Source: Candidatus Hermodarchaeota archaeon
Lineage (GTDB): Archaea; Asgardarchaeota; Heimdallarchaeia; Hodarchaeales; Hodarchaeaceae
Length of the DNA stretch: 32,000 nucleotides
Direction: 5' to 3'
Assembly: GCA_048886185.1 (NCBI GenBank)
Contig: JBHLKY010000018.1
Location: 67,992-99,991 of the forward strand
Shown here piece by piece: positions 1 to 9,460 of this stretch. Both the position numbers and the translations under genes were made by a program. Positions within the stretch are counted from its first letter, which is position 1; each line of letters begins with the position of its first letter. The notes below the pieces were generated by a model. That model was not told the DNA's origin, ran no database searches, and was given only the letters and a program-made list of their open reading frames with translations.

Positions 1-1
1 A

Positions 2-1381
2 TGGGAGGGACTCGGATCAGGAAATTTATTTCAAAATATGATTATTGGAGGGACAGATAAAAATGGAAGAAGAGGTGATAACGAAATATCAATGTTAATT
101 TTACAAGCAGCTATAAATTGCCAAACAATACAACCAACTTTATCAATATGGTATGATGATTCTCTTAGTGAGGAATTTCTTTTAAAAGCTGTCGAATGTG
201 TGAAAACTGGATGTGGTTTCCCCGCTTGGTTTAATCTCAAAATCTATATCCAACATGAATTACAAAAATCTGGATTACCAGTTCCTGTTATTAGGAAATA
301 TGCTGCTATGGGAGGCTGTACCGAACCAACCATAGAAGGGATGAGTTATGGAATTGTTCAACCAGGATTTATTAATCATGGGAAATTACTTGAATTAGCA
401 ATGTATGGGGGAAAAGATTTACGTACAGGATTGCAATTCACTGAAACAAAGATCCCTCAAAACTATAAAGAAGTGATTGAAGCTTATAAAACTCATTTAA
501 AAGTATCTATTCAGAATTGGCAATCTTACTGGAACATCGTTATGGCCGCTCATCGACAGACCTGTAATCTAATTTACTCTTCTGTTTTAATCCAAGATTG
601 TGTAGAAAGAGGTTTATCTCTTGATGATGGTGGTGCAATTTGCAATGAAGTACCGACTACTCTTTCAACAGGCATGGTAAATGTTGCAAATTCTCTTGCT
701 GCAGTAAAAAAGCTTGTAGAAGATCAAAGACTGTATACAATGGCAGATGTTATAGAAGCTTGTAAAAGTAATTTTAGCAACAATGATGAAATGAGAAGAA
801 AGGCCCTTGATGCTCCTAAATGGGGTAATGATGATGATTATGTGGATGAGATTTTTATCGATCTTTTTAATACCTACTGTGATTTTGTAAAGAATGGGAT
901 AAATTACCTAGGTAAACCATACGATCCATCAATGTTGGCAATTAGTACCCATACACCATTTGGGAAAGTAACAGGAGCAACACCTGATGGTAGACTATCA
1001 GGAGTATCATTATGTGATGGAGTAACTTCACCATTCCCTGGAACTGACACCAATGGACCAGTTGCTACAATCTTATCAGCAGCGAAAGTTGACCATACTA
1101 AAATACGAGGTGGACTTCACAATATGAAATTCCATCCTAGTGCTCTAAAAGGAATTTCAGGTTCACAAAAATTAATTTCCTTGATTAAAACATATTTTGA
1201 TTACCTTGGTTTTCAATTGCAATTCAATGTAGTTGATACCAAGATGTTAAGGGATGCTCAAAAGAATCCAGATAAATATCGTGATTTAATAGTCAGAGTT
1301 GCTGGATTTAGTGCTTTCTTTGTTGAATTAAGTAAGTCTATTCAAGACCAAGTTATCGAAAGAACAGAGTTAATGCTTTGA
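2..1381 (+). CDS. Glycyl radical enzyme (PFL/GRE superfamily), C-terminal part, 5'-truncated by the window edge; resembles the hydroxyphenylacetate/indoleacetate decarboxylase clade
   Basis: The frame is open from base 2 (WEGLGSGNLFQNMIIGG...), so the ORF-track ATG at 38 is internal. Cys loop GGCTEP (TGT 317-319) and C-terminal glycyl radical motif RVAGFSAFF (Gly codon 1304-1306). The segments QPTLSIWYD, FPAWFN and MKFHPSALKG resemble HpdB as I recall it. Confidence 0.93.
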   Translation, partial: WEGLGSGNLFQNMIIGGTDKNGRRGDNEISMLILQAAINCQTIQPTLSIWYDDSLSEEFLLKAVECVKTGCGFPAWFNLKIYIQHELQKSGLPVPVIRKYAAMGGCTEPTIEGMSYGIVQPGFINHGKLLELAMYGGKDLRTGLQFTETKIPQNYKEVIEAYKTHLKVSIQNWQSYWNIVMAAHRQTCNLIYSSVLIQDCVERGLSLDDGGAICNEVPTTLSTGMVNVANSLAAVKKLVEDQRLYTMADVIEACKSNFSNNDEMRRKALDAPKWGNDDDYVDEIFIDLFNTYCDFVKNGINYLGKPYDPSMLAISTHTPFGKVTGATPDGRLSGVSLCDGVTSPFPGTDTNGPVATILSAAKVDHTKIRGGLHNMKFHPSALKGISGSQKLISLIKTYFDYLGFQLQFNVVDTKMLRDAQKNPDKYRDLIVRVAGFSAFFVELSKSIQDQVIERTELML

Positions 1382-2334
1382 TGACATTGATACCAGATAA
1401 TAAAAGTCCATTATCCTTCAAAAATGAAGAAACAATAATTTTTAATATACAAGATTATTGTGTGGATGATGGGCCAGGAATAAGGACAGTGATCTTTTTT
1501 AAAGGCTGTTATCTTCGATGTCATTGGTGTTCAAACCCAGAAAGTCAATTATTTGAGCCAGAAATTTTTTACTCGGGACTAAAGTGCAAAAAATGTAGAA
1601 AATGTGAAAAAACATGTCCAAATTCCAGTATTGATTTTTCTAATATAGAATTCCCACTTTTTAACAGAAATATTTGTTCAATCTGTGAATCAAAGATTTG
1701 TACTAAGGTGTGTCCTGAAAATGCTTTAAGAACTGTTGGTTACCCTATTACAGTTTTAGATTTACTTAAGAGAGTAAAAAAGAATTCATTATTATTCAGG
1801 AATTCCGGAGGTGGGATTACTCTCTCAGGTGGTGAACCACTGGCTCATATAGCCTTTATTAGGGAATTCTTAAAGAAAACTACGGCATTAGGATTTTCTG
1901 TTGGGATAGAGACTTGTGGTTTTTTTAATTGGCAAAGGGTGATCGATATTATACCAAATATTGATTTTTTCTTTTTTGACTTGAAGATTATGGATTCAAA
2001 ATTTCATAAAGCATTAACAGGGGTAAATAATGATAAGATTCACTTAAATCTTAAAAAATTAAGTCAAACTGAGGCCAAAAAAATTACTATTTCTATCCCA
2101 ATTGTTCCAGGTATTAATGATTATCTAGAAAACATTAAAAAAACCGTTAATTTATGTACAGAATTTGGAATCAAAAAAATTCGGTTTCTAAAGTATCATG
2201 AATGGGGAAGAGGTAAATATGAAGAATTGGGTCGTCAATATTTGCTAAATGAAAGAATGAAACTACAAGAAAATGATCTTAAAACCTTTGAAAAATTGGC
2301 TAAAGAAGCTGGTCTACAAGTTACTATTATTTAG
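1381..2334 (+). CDS. Glycyl-radical enzyme activating enzyme (radical SAM) with a ferredoxin-like insertion
   Basis: DGPGIRT, CxxxCxxC (CYLRCHWC), NPESQ, two extra Cys clusters (CKKCRKCEKTCP; CSICESKICTKVCP) and GGGITLSGGEP. The ATG overlaps the GRE stop (TGATG); alternative TTG start at 1378. Confidence 0.95.
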   Translation: MTLIPDNKSPLSFKNEETIIFNIQDYCVDDGPGIRTVIFFKGCYLRCHWCSNPESQLFEPEIFYSGLKCKKCRKCEKTCPNSSIDFSNIEFPLFNRNICSICESKICTKVCPENALRTVGYPITVLDLLKRVKKNSLLFRNSGGGITLSGGEPLAHIAFIREFLKKTTALGFSVGIETCGFFNWQRVIDIIPNIDFFFFDLKIMDSKFHKALTGVNNDKIHLNLKKLSQTEAKKITISIPIVPGINDYLENIKKTVNLCTEFGIKKIRFLKYHEWGRGKYEELGRQYLLNERMKLQENDLKTFEKLAKEAGLQVTII

Positions 2335-2338
2335 CATA

Positions 2339-2370
2339 TACCAACCTTTTTTTTGAAGAATGTGTTGGTA
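2339..2370 (+). terminator. Possible terminator after the GRE/activase pair
   Basis: TACCAAC (2339-2345) and GTTGGTA (2364-2370) form an inverted repeat enclosing a T8 run, directly after the activase stop. Oligo-T is the usual archaeal terminator signal. Confidence 0.3.
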
Positions 2371-2590
2371 GTACAAAGAAAGGGAAATATTCTGGTATAA
2401 ATAAACAAAAAACTGAAAAATCGCAACACAGGATATTTATGGGTTAAATGCTTGTGACCATTACATTAAGTTAAAATCCTTTTAAAACTATGAGAATTCT
2501 TAAATTCCATTAATTATCACTTAAACAGCAATTTCATCTTCTTTCTAATCCTTACAAACCATTATGAGAAATGTTTGAACAATTCTTCTT

Positions 2591-5500
2591 TTACTTTAGA
2601 AGATCACTAGTGCCATAAATTTTTTCATAAGCTAAGATAATTTTTGAGATTAATTTCCTGATATCAATAATCTTTACTATGATTGTACCTTTCTCTGAAT
2701 TTTCATTATTCATGAGCTTGTGAACAACATCTACTTTTTCACGAATCTCGTCAAGAAATTGAACAATTAATGGAAATACATCTTGATATATCAAAATATT
2801 TAATGTTAAGTCCTCTTTACCTCCCCTTGCTTGAGGCCGCTGTAGAGTAAAACCAAAACAGAGGGATTTTAGAAGAAGGTTTTTTGATAATAGAAAGTCA
2901 AAATTTGAAGTCATTTCTCCCTCAAAGTCTTGAATATCACCTATTACACCAAAAGATCTGTCAGACAATTCGATTAATTTGGAAAGATTATCCTTTAATA
3001 TTTCGGGGATTATGATAATTGGAATTGGGCCACGTCGCTGATCAAAAAAAGCTATAACTACCCCGATTGTATGAATATCTAGAAATTCAAATGCTTCCGT
3101 TTCGCTAACTTCAGAGATTTGATTAAGTACTAATTCTTTATCCAAACCAATCAATTCTGGTTTCCTAAAGATCCTGAGGTAGATAAGTGATCCAAAAATC
3201 GTTGAGGCAATTGAGATCCCAAAAATCATCACAATAATTATCGGATCAAATAGCCTTGTCTCTTTTTCAAAATGAAATTCTTTTATTCTATCTGGATCAT
3301 TAAGTATATTATAAGTAATCCCCGTATTTCCACTGCTATCAGTTGTTTCAATATAGAATATTATTGCTTTAGATGTATTATTATGCTCAAATGGAATAGT
3401 TACTGAATAACTATGAATATCATTAGTCATATTGACCGAGAGGAGTGACATCTTTGCAGCTTGCCAATTAGGATTGCCATTTTGCTGAAAACTAGCTTTA
3501 ATACCTAATAATGTTATTTTAGTTTCTGTTATTTCTCTAAAATAATAGTAAAGAAATACTTCTTCAATTTCAGATCCATAATCGATAATATTTGAAAGAA
3601 ATGTTATATTAGTAGGATTAATGTAATCATTAAAGCCAATAGTTGGATTCCCTACAACACGGGGCGGACTTTTGTCTTCTACATGAAATGAAAAGGTAAA
3701 ATCAACATATATCATATATTCCTTATCGTTATAATCTAGAAAACAAGCCGCTTTTACTTTGGTTATGAGAGTTTTCCCTAGATAATTATCATAAAACTCG
3801 TTTAAGGGTAGATTATAATCTAAAATCCATATTGAATCGTTAATTGGACTTCTTTGAGCATAATAAATTATTCCTGAGGAATCATTAATCAAGAATTCTA
3901 CTGTAACAATTGGATTGAGACTGTAAGTAACCACTTGAAATTCATATCTTCCTTCATCAAGGTAAATACCATTATCATCGATTATTACAGGTTGCACATT
4001 GCAACTCAGAATGTATGGACGACTTTCGACATAAATCACTTTCAGATTCACACTTTTTCCTAGATCTGTGCCATCAAAAGGAGTTATTTTACATTTCCAG
4101 TACTCTCCTGGTGATGTTTCAGATGATGGTATGAATGTTTTATTTTGAGAAGCGAAAACTTCCTCCCATTCACTAGTTTCTAATCGGCAGAACCATTGAA
4201 TCTTTGATTGGTCAGTATCTATTGGTTGATCGCTATCCTCAAACTCATAAAAAAGTGAAATAATTTCATCTTCAATAAAAAAAACTTGTCCCACCAACGT
4301 AGATCTTATTTCTGGGATAATATGACTACAACTTGAATTAAAGATATATGAATAATTGTACACCCTAGGGGGAACATTAAGGATGAGGATAGCTCTTGAA
4401 GTTTGCTCAATTCCATAATTTAGTCCATCCTTTGGTTTAACTGTAACAAACCAACGATCATTTTTTACCAAATAAGTGGCTGGTACTTGGTGAGAATCAT
4501 TATGGAGGGGTTGTAAAACGTCGTTTTTATACCAGCGTATTTCAGTCCCTCCTTCACTATCACCATCACGATCATAAAAACTATATTGGACATAAAGAGT
4601 ATCATTACTACGAATAAGAGCTTCAAAACGATCTTTATTACTTGAAAGTTGTAGCTCTGTAATTTCAGGGTAATGATTTGGTACACTTGAAATTATTTCA
4701 TTAGATGTTCCTATATTCTCTTCTGTATCATTAGCAATTATAACATAGTGAAAAATGCCTTGACTTATCATCAAAGCATTAGTCATATATCCATTACTGG
4801 AATTTTCCATCACACACCATAATTTATTTTGTGGAACACCAGCAGCAAAAGTAATATTGACAATGACAGTATCTACTTCCCCCCAAGGGTCGCTTACATT
4901 TACTTTGAAGGTTCCGTTTTCCCCAAGTGTTGGATAATAGACTGGAGTACATATAACAGGAGTAATAAAGTCCTTGTCAAATGAATAATACTTGATATTT
5001 GAAGGAGAGTCAATATAATTCCCATTGGAATCTGAAGAATTTGTAATTTGAAATTGATAACATCTCTTATACAAAACTAGGGTTTTGTATAACCAATATG
5101 ATCCGTTATTCATCATTGAAAATTCTGTGCCATTAATTGAGATGTGTACTGTATCCACACTAGATAAGACATCTCTAATATCAGCCCAAAATATGCCTGT
5201 ACCATTCCCCAAATCATCTACTCCATGGTCAATAATTAATGGAGGATCTGTATCATATATTTGGGTAAAATTAACTTCAGCCCAGACTTCAGAACACCAA
5301 CATTCTCTATCTTGTTGTGGTAACGCTCGTAACATTACCCCTATCTCCATTGTATTCACTTCATCCCACGTCCATTTTGATGAAGTATTGGGATTAGTCG
5401 GGTAATTCGTAGAATGATTATTCCAGTTGTCTGAAGGTTCATTCAACGATCCAAGGAATTTTTTATCGTATGTACGTAATACTGTGCAGGCTCGAGCATT

Positions 5501-5992
5501 AGTAAATGATATACTAGTTCGAACGCGAATATTTAATGTTACAGAGTTGATAATACCTGAAATACCAGTAATATTTTGAGATTGATATGTATCTGTGTAC
5601 GAAGTGGCTGTAGAATAATCCTCAATAATAAAAGAACTGTCATTATTATCTGAGACAACTTGCCAATGAATAACTCCTAAAGGAATTTCAGAAGGAATTT
5701 CTGTTATAGTGCCATTACTAATAGGTTTTAATACTGTTAAATTGAAGTTACTAGCTAATTTATAACTAGGTTTCTTTCTAGCGGACGAATTTAGACAATT
5801 ATTTCTCAATTTGGGTATAAATTGATAAAATTCTTGTTTATATCCATTCAAAATAGCTTTACAGCAATTATATCCAGAATTGACATTCAAAGATTCAAAT
5901 GTTTCAGTGCAAAGTGGAAAGAAGAAGAATGTTATGTTTGTCATAGTACCAATAATTAGAAGAGATATGACAATTTTTTTGAGATCCTCCAC
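2591..5992 (-). CDS. Large single-pass membrane protein: beta-rich/Ig-like ectodomain, TM helix, cytoplasmic longin/uDENN-like domain
   Basis: 1133-aa ORF with a GTG start and an N-terminal hydrophobic segment. Paired internal repeats (Y.F.D.D....I.W....W...V.P.DG...G twice). Many N-x-S/T sequons. TM PIIIVMIFGISIASTIFGSLIYL at about 3176-3245. Cytoplasmic IGVVIAFFDQRRGPIP motif at about 3026-3050. Confidence 0.85.
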   Translation of the reverse strand: MEDLKKIVISLLIIGTMTNITFFFFPLCTETFESLNVNSGYNCCKAILNGYKQEFYQFIPKLRNNCLNSSARKKPSYKLASNFNLTVLKPISNGTITEIPSEIPLGVIHWQVVSDNNDSSFIIEDYSTATSYTDTYQSQNITGISGIINSVTLNIRVRTSISFTNARACTVLRTYDKKFLGSLNEPSDNWNNHSTNYPTNPNTSSKWTWDEVNTMEIGVMLRALPQQDRECWCSEVWAEVNFTQIYDTDPPLIIDHGVDDLGNGTGIFWADIRDVLSSVDTVHISINGTEFSMMNNGSYWLYKTLVLYKRCYQFQITNSSDSNGNYIDSPSNIKYYSFDKDFITPVICTPVYYPTLGENGTFKVNVSDPWGEVDTVIVNITFAAGVPQNKLWCVMENSSNGYMTNALMISQGIFHYVIIANDTEENIGTSNEIISSVPNHYPEITELQLSSNKDRFEALIRSNDTLYVQYSFYDRDGDSEGGTEIRWYKNDVLQPLHNDSHQVPATYLVKNDRWFVTVKPKDGLNYGIEQTSRAILILNVPPRVYNYSYIFNSSCSHIIPEIRSTLVGQVFFIEDEIISLFYEFEDSDQPIDTDQSKIQWFCRLETSEWEEVFASQNKTFIPSSETSPGEYWKCKITPFDGTDLGKSVNLKVIYVESRPYILSCNVQPVIIDDNGIYLDEGRYEFQVVTYSLNPIVTVEFLINDSSGIIYYAQRSPINDSIWILDYNLPLNEFYDNYLGKTLITKVKAACFLDYNDKEYMIYVDFTFSFHVEDKSPPRVVGNPTIGFNDYINPTNITFLSNIIDYGSEIEEVFLYYYFREITETKITLLGIKASFQQNGNPNWQAAKMSLLSVNMTNDIHSYSVTIPFEHNNTSKAIIFYIETTDSSGNTGITYNILNDPDRIKEFHFEKETRLFDPIIIVMIFGISIASTIFGSLIYLRIFRKPELIGLDKELVLNQISEVSETEAFEFLDIHTIGVVIAFFDQRRGPIPIIIIPEILKDNLSKLIELSDRSFGVIGDIQDFEGEMTSNFDFLLSKNLLLKSLCFGFTLQRPQARGGKEDLTLNILIYQDVFPLIVQFLDEIREKVDVVHKLMNNENSEKGTIIVKIIDIRKLISKIILAYEKIYGTSDLLK

Positions 5993-6291
5993 TTATTAAG
6001 ACTCCAACTTCTCTCATTTTAAGAATGAATTTTTCTGACCTTATTATCAATCACACAATTGATATAATACTCAGATATTCAAAAGTGAAATAAAAAGACA
6101 GGAAGTGTCACTTTATGTGAGAGATTTTTTATTATAAAAGATAATATATTAAAGCACATTAGTATCATAAAATAATAATGTATGTTAGTAATAATTTAAT
6201 TTAAATATAAACTAGACTGGTTTGATAAAATATCTATTTTCTTATCCATCAATCTTAGGTTAATGATCCATAATGTCTCAGAAAATATCTA

Positions 6292-6930
6292 ATGAATTAT
6301 TTAGATAACTTCAAAAGTTTAAGTAAGAAGAAAAAATTGAGTAAGATGGGTATCATTGAAGAACCAAGAACTTTTTTGTATTACCAAAATCAATTTCCTG
6401 ATCGCGAACCCCTTATAATGTTTGGGGGATGTATTTTTCAAAATAATGCTGATTCAACCAGTGAGGCAATTCATGACTTAAAAAAACTTTTCAAAAGCCT
6501 ACTAGATTCTATAGAACAAGCCTATTTAATTCGTTTCAAGATATCCGAGGTATTAAGGGGAATAACAGGTGAACTGAATACTGAACTCACAGATCTTCAA
6601 CAAAGACATCTGGAACATGCCCAAGATTATCACACTCATTTTGGGAAAAACCGTCAGCTTCGATTACTCATGATGCGGCAATTATATAAATTGGGACTTA
6701 GAAATGCTGTATGGTTTACTTCTAATAAGATCCCTCCTTTCCAGCTTTTCTTCTTGCACTGGTTAGAAACTATTTTAAATGAATTTTTCTTGGCAGATCT
6801 ATTAAACAGTCTTGCTCTTAATTTAATACCTAGATTAGGATTAAGTGCTCAAGCTCATACGCTTTTAACAAAGTTATCAGCTGAGCTTTCGATCTACGTT
6901 CGTGACACTCAAATTCGATATACCATTTGA
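6292..6930 (+). CDS. Hypothetical protein, predicted helical
   Basis: 212-aa ATG ORF filling the gap with no competing long ORF. No motif recognised. Confidence 0.65.
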   Translation: MNYLDNFKSLSKKKKLSKMGIIEEPRTFLYYQNQFPDREPLIMFGGCIFQNNADSTSEAIHDLKKLFKSLLDSIEQAYLIRFKISEVLRGITGELNTELTDLQQRHLEHAQDYHTHFGKNRQLRLLMMRQLYKLGLRNAVWFTSNKIPPFQLFFLHWLETILNEFFLADLLNSLALNLIPRLGLSAQAHTLLTKLSAELSIYVRDTQIRYTI

Positions 6931-7109
6931 CCTTATGATTATTGGATTAAGATAAAACTCATTCAAGTAACAACGAATTTATATGCTTTCATTCGGTTCT
7001 TGTTTTGTAATAATACTATCTATTCCTTCAAGACACCAAGAGTTTTCTAATTACAAGGTAGATTTTAAACCAAATTCAAGTTTTCCATGCATCTTCAATC
7101 GATGGAATT

Positions 7110-7808
7110 TTATAGTTTTACCTTCTTCAGATCATTAGAGGTGCCTTTATGTATTGATTCAAGCTTTTTATTAGTTTCTAAGAGGATTTGTATACTCTTT
7201 TCAATTTTTTTAAGCCTATTCTCAACTTCTTTAAATTTCGATTCAAACTTCTTAGCCTGAGATTCAGATTTTTTTTGATAAGAATTTACTTTCATGAAGT
7301 GAGATTCTACTTGCTTGAATTGTTTATTAATATCATCAACCTTAACAGTTATTCCGGAGTCATCTTTTGAGACTGGAATAGTAAGCTTGGGAGGAGCTGG
7401 TGGAGGAACTTCTAGCGATTCCTGTTCGATAATAGGAGGAGGAGGAGGTTGAGATGATGCTTTTAGGGGGGAATATTCAGAAGGTAATGGTTTGGGAGTT
7501 GTAATTGGCGGGATAGAATAGGATGGACTGGGTGGGGGAGGTGTTACTGGAGGAGGTGGAGTATGGGGACTTTGTGTATGGATAGAAGGAGATTTTGGAG
7601 GAGAGTCGGAAGGGGGAAAAGGAGGAACAGATGAACGTTCAGGTGCCCTTATTGGGGGGGGAGGTTCCTTAAAAGATTCTTGAAGATCTAATGGAATAAT
7701 TGGTTTTATTTCATCAGCTTCACGATCTGTAAGTGCTTCTTCAGCCCCACAATGAGGGCATGGAAAACTCATTACATAATTCCTACATTTTTTGCAAACT
7801 GGACTCAT
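7110..7808 (-). CDS. Zn-ribbon + proline-rich linker + coiled-coil protein
   Basis: N-terminal CKKC-x7-CPHC. Central P/S-rich tract (PPPPVTPPPPSP, QPPPPPII, VPPPAPPK). C-terminal heptad-like K/E/L-rich segment. Confidence 0.85.
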   Translation of the reverse strand: MSPVCKKCRNYVMSFPCPHCGAEEALTDREADEIKPIIPLDLQESFKEPPPPIRAPERSSVPPFPPSDSPPKSPSIHTQSPHTPPPPVTPPPPSPSYSIPPITTPKPLPSEYSPLKASSQPPPPPIIEQESLEVPPPAPPKLTIPVSKDDSGITVKVDDINKQFKQVESHFMKVNSYQKKSESQAKKFESKFKEVENRLKKIEKSIQILLETNKKLESIHKGTSNDLKKVKL

Positions 7809-8384
7809 AATGAGTCAACTCAATTTCTGAATTCTTAATTCAAATTTTCTTGATTTATTATATATGCTAGCTTTTTCACTTGGGAAAAACAATTGAATTT
7901 TGCTTTAAGTTTTCTAGCGATTTTGTCGGTTTTAATTAGTTCCCTGACAATCTTCATGCTTTTGTTATCTGGGTTAATCTTTTCAATGAATGTTACAGTT
8001 GTTAAGGTATTTAAATTTTTCAATTCTCTCTAAATTGAGTACAAGGAGGGGATCCTTTTTTCGTTCATAAATTCCATCATTCATGTAGACTTATTATGAT
8101 GATCATTCAAAGATTAAACTCTTTTCCTCTATTTTTCATATATAAATTGGATTTATAACCTTTGGTTTCTCTTTTACTGATTTCAAAGGCATTTGAAATG
8201 GTAATAAAATAGTATAAAGACAGTTAATAAAAAACTAGATATATTTTCATGTGATAATAATAGCCTCAGCTCTACTTTCACTAACTTTTTAAAAACTAAA
8301 CCAAACCTTAAAGTTTAGTATTGTACTAAGAATTCAACATCATTCCCTTGGTTAAGTAGGTAAAAAGAGTCCTAGGTCACAAAG

Positions 8385-8392
8385 TTTATAAG
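8385..8392 (+). promoter_or_regulatory. Archaeal TATA box candidate for the fak-plsY cluster
   Basis: TTTATAAG preceded by purine-rich CAAAG, about 20-26 nt before the ATG at 8411. A downstream ATG at 8452 is an alternative start. Confidence 0.45.
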
Positions 8393-8410
8393 TATTGAAT
8401 TGCGAAATTT

Positions 8411-9460
8411 ATGCAAGTAATACACGAAAAAAAAAATGAGTTGATTTTTGAGATGGTATTTCAAGAATTCGCTCAAGAAATATATCCAGAAGTGATTACT
8501 GGAAAAGATCTTTATTATATGCTAAAACTAGCTTCCCAAAAGCTAGAAAAATATATTGAGATACTTAATGACATAAATGTATTTCCTGTACCAGATGGAG
8601 ATACAGGAATTAACATGCACCAAACTTTTCAATCTATTATCAGGGAATTGAATAATTTAGAATTTTATGATCATTGTGGAAAAATTATTTGTTCTGCAGC
8701 AAAAGGAGCTTTTTTTGGCAGTATTGGTAACTCTGGTATAATTCTAGCTGAATATTTTCGTGGACTAGAACAAGAATGGAAAAATTCATGTACTATTGAC
8801 GGAAAACTATTTTCTAGAGGCTTATTTGCAGCAGCAAAATATGCTTACCAAGCTGTTGAAAAACCTAGAGAGGGAACTATTCTTACAGTTGGAAGAATTA
8901 TAGCAGAGACAGCAGATGAATGGATTAAGACAGTAACAAATCCTTTTGAATTATTGTTTATTGTTTTTGAGGAAGCTAAAGCAGCTTTATTAAATACACA
9001 TAGAATTTTACCGGAAGCAAATGTTGCAGGGGTTGTTGATGCTGGAGCAATTGGCCTAGTGCTAATGTTTGATGGATTTATCGAAGCTATGGTTAATAAA
9101 TATCCATCTAGTGCTCTCCCATTATATACAATTGATGATGACCTAGCTCCTTTTTTGAAGCTAAAAATTGATTTCTCACTAATTAAGCATGAGTTTGAAG
9201 TAATCTTTAAAATCTCTGGTTTAAAGAAACCTATGGATAATCTTAAAGTTGAACTAAAAAAAGAAGGATCTTGTCTTCTAATTATTAGTAATGATTCAGT
9301 TTCTGAAATTAAAGTTCATATCCACTGTACAGATCCTGATAGAGTTATATCGAAAGTAAAAGATTTTGTAAGCCATATAGAAGTAGATTCAATTAAATCA
9401 CTAAATGAACAAAATTACCAACTGTCAAAGCGTATCAAAATGAAAAATGGGAGTGAATGA
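8411..9460 (+). CDS. fakA: DAK2-domain protein, fatty acid kinase catalytic subunit FakA-like (short form)
   Basis: Signature INVFPVPDGDTGINM, GNSGIILAEYFRG, AYQAVEKPREGTILTV and VVDAGAIG, plus middle-domain KVHIH. At 349 aa it lacks the C-terminal domain of the roughly 550-aa Firmicute FakA. Confidence 0.85.
   Translation: MQVIHEKKNELIFEMVFQEFAQEIYPEVITGKDLYYMLKLASQKLEKYIEILNDINVFPVPDGDTGINMHQTFQSIIRELNNLEFYDHCGKIICSAAKGAFFGSIGNSGIILAEYFRGLEQEWKNSCTIDGKLFSRGLFAAAKYAYQAVEKPREGTILTVGRIIAETADEWIKTVTNPFELLFIVFEEAKAALLNTHRILPEANVAGVVDAGAIGLVLMFDGFIEAMVNKYPSSALPLYTIDDDLAPFLKLKIDFSLIKHEFEVIFKISGLKKPMDNLKVELKKEGSCLLIISNDSVSEIKVHIHCTDPDRVISKVKDFVSHIEVDSIKSLNEQNYQLSKRIKMKNGSE

Noticed and set aside
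31-240. 69-aa minus-strand ORF
   Set aside because: Antisense shadow of the GRE gene.
4465-5405. ORFs 4465-4686 (-) and 5085-5405 (+)
   Set aside because: Both lie inside the 1133-aa gene and have no motifs.
7188-7370. 60-aa hydrophobic plus-strand ORF
   Set aside because: Antisense of the K/E-rich coiled coil, which produces F/L-rich shadows.
7400-7680. G-rich tract on the plus strand as a G-quadruplex element or foreign DNA
   Set aside because: Fully explained by proline codons (CCN) on the minus strand.
7835-8080. 62-aa TTG ORF that would extend to upstream ATGs if an in-frame TAG (about 8030-8032) were read through, for example as pyrrolysine
   Set aside because: No recognisable protein either way and no pyl genes in the window. 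A chance stop in AT-rich DNA explains it.
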